A DNA stretch of 62,767 nt, filler included, from Nemertoderma westbladi (taxonomy: Eukaryota; Animalia; Xenacoelomorpha), in NCBI GenBank assembly GCA_032718475.1. It is 3 parts of 3 records of this genome, joined end to end, with 100 filler letters (N's around TTAATTAATTAA, not from the genome) between each part and the next. Parts side by side here need not be neighbours in the genome. Positions count along the whole stretch, not along the records: positions 42,035 to 62,767 come from JAUCBJ010005098.1; 2 more parts are not named here. One strand, 5' to 3'. The notes under the pieces were generated by a model that searched no databases, was not told the DNA's origin, and was given only the letters and a program-made list of their open reading frames with translations. The position numbers were made by a program, and so were the translations under genes. This document shows, one piece after another, positions 61,141-62,767 of this stretch (the stretch's first letter is position 1; each line of letters begins with the position of its first letter).

Positions 61141-62767
61141 GATCTCTACCTGAACGTGTGAACGGACGCATCCGGATTGCGTGTGGATTTTTGTGTGGAC
61201 GGCCATACGCGTAGGCAGGTGGGTGTTTGTTGTGCGGGGGGGGGGGGGGGGGCAGTCTGGGGGTGACATACCGGTACAGCAGTACTGGATTATGAATCCT
61301 GATGGTGGAGGGGTTGGTAGACAGGTTTGTTTCTGTGTTCTGTGTCGTCAGTCGGACTACTGCACGATCAGGCTTGAACTGGGCTAGGTTGGGGTCGTCG
61401 GCGCGGATATTTGGGCAGGGCTGTAAGAGTCAGTAGCGACGGTATGTCGGCGGGTACAGGTGGGAGGGAATTGTGGGATGGGAATCGGCTCTATTACTGT
61501 ACTGCAGTACTGGCATTGGTGCAGCAGTTCGGCATTAGGGGACGGGTTAGGTTAGTAGGGTAGGCCTAGGTGGTGTGTGGGTGGGGGGGGGGGGGGTGTG
61601 AGCGCGTTAAGGCGTCACATGGACATCGAATAAAAACCCCTTGTTTTTCCCCTCTTTTAATTGAGAGTTAGATGCTTTTGAAATGCTCAAGTTTTATACA
61701 AAACTTTCTTATTTATTTTACGTTTTAATATGTCATGTCAATCAAATACTGAAATGCAATTACGAAATTATTACTCGAATATAAAACGATGTACAGCAAT
61801 TTATAGTAATTTATAGCAATAGCAATAACATTAGCAATATCATTTGCAATAGCACTAAATAAAACTGTGGGGCTTTGTTACGTATCACAATAATTACCAC
61901 AATACATTGAACATTATAGTATTTTTAATTTTGATACCGTACCATATAAAATAAGCCCCCCACAATATAAATAATCCCGTGAAACCCTAGCGCAAACTAG
62001 CCCTATCACATCCCAGACTGAACCGGCCAACAGCCCGAAATAGGCCCGGCTACTCCATATACATTGACGGATTCATATTACCGCTACCGGTACCATCAAA
62101 ATACTGAATGTCACACTGCCACCGCCGGAAGTCAGATATCAGATAACAATGATAATAATAGTAGTAATAATGGTTCTAACACTGCTGTGTCATGCCTATA
62201 TATATCAGCTAGCAATACGCCATCTTACGTCTAGTAAATGAACATGATATGTTCTATTTGCAATAATACAATGGGCTACATACAGTATAATAATGCAAGC
62301 AGATAACGATCCTGCCTATGGGGCGAGCCACAAAGTAAGTTAGACTGTAAACTTGGTTAATAACATTAACTATTTTGATAACTTACGTAAATATACTAAT
62401 TAGATTAAACTGCCATCAATAATGTTATCCCGAAACAGTATAACGTAAATAATACGCGCTTACACCCACCACCAGTGAATTTTCTCAAATTCACGACTTA
62501 CAACAAATATACACGGCGTAATTATTTTTACATATTGCACAAGTAATATATTTATAATTAGGATATAGGTAAGACATACTACAACGGATACTTCGAGTTA
62601 TAATATAAAATTAAGACTGATTAAGTAAGATTAAACTTTATCTGAATCAAAATTCTCTACTTAATATAATTTTTAGATGTTTGTATCTTATCAATAAAAT
62701 GTATTGAGAAAATAAATGTAGTAAATAAACATACCATACATTTACGTGGAATTCAAATATAACAGAG

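Overview
AT-rich animal (probably invertebrate) genomic scaffold with two 100-bp assembly gaps. Host genes: an intronless PIGM (GPI mannosyltransferase 1) CDS on the minus strand that runs off the left edge and is missing from the ORF track, and one 338-bp coding exon of a Nav2/DSC1-type voltage-gated cation channel (+). About 27 kb is made of unrelated minisatellite arrays (units 61, 35, 25, 19, 28, 33, 37 and 42 bp); all the giant ORFs in the track are artefacts of these arrays. The rest is nested mobile DNA: a young RTE LINE plus two short copies, a full-length decayed CR1-group LINE with TSDs and a 2A-like peptide, a GC-rich Penelope-like element, Kolobok-, piggyBac- and foldback-type DNA elements, and a spliced Helitron2/Helentron-type gene whose herpesvirus-tegument-like deubiquitinase domain (HQG..QC..DSH) can be reassembled from three exons over 12 kb. 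The most unusual small object is a ~100-nt tRNA-like Pol III unit (A box, B box, T4 terminator) with a complete minimal type I hammerhead ribozyme where the anticodon arm should be. All calls come from manual reading and translation; no database searches were run.
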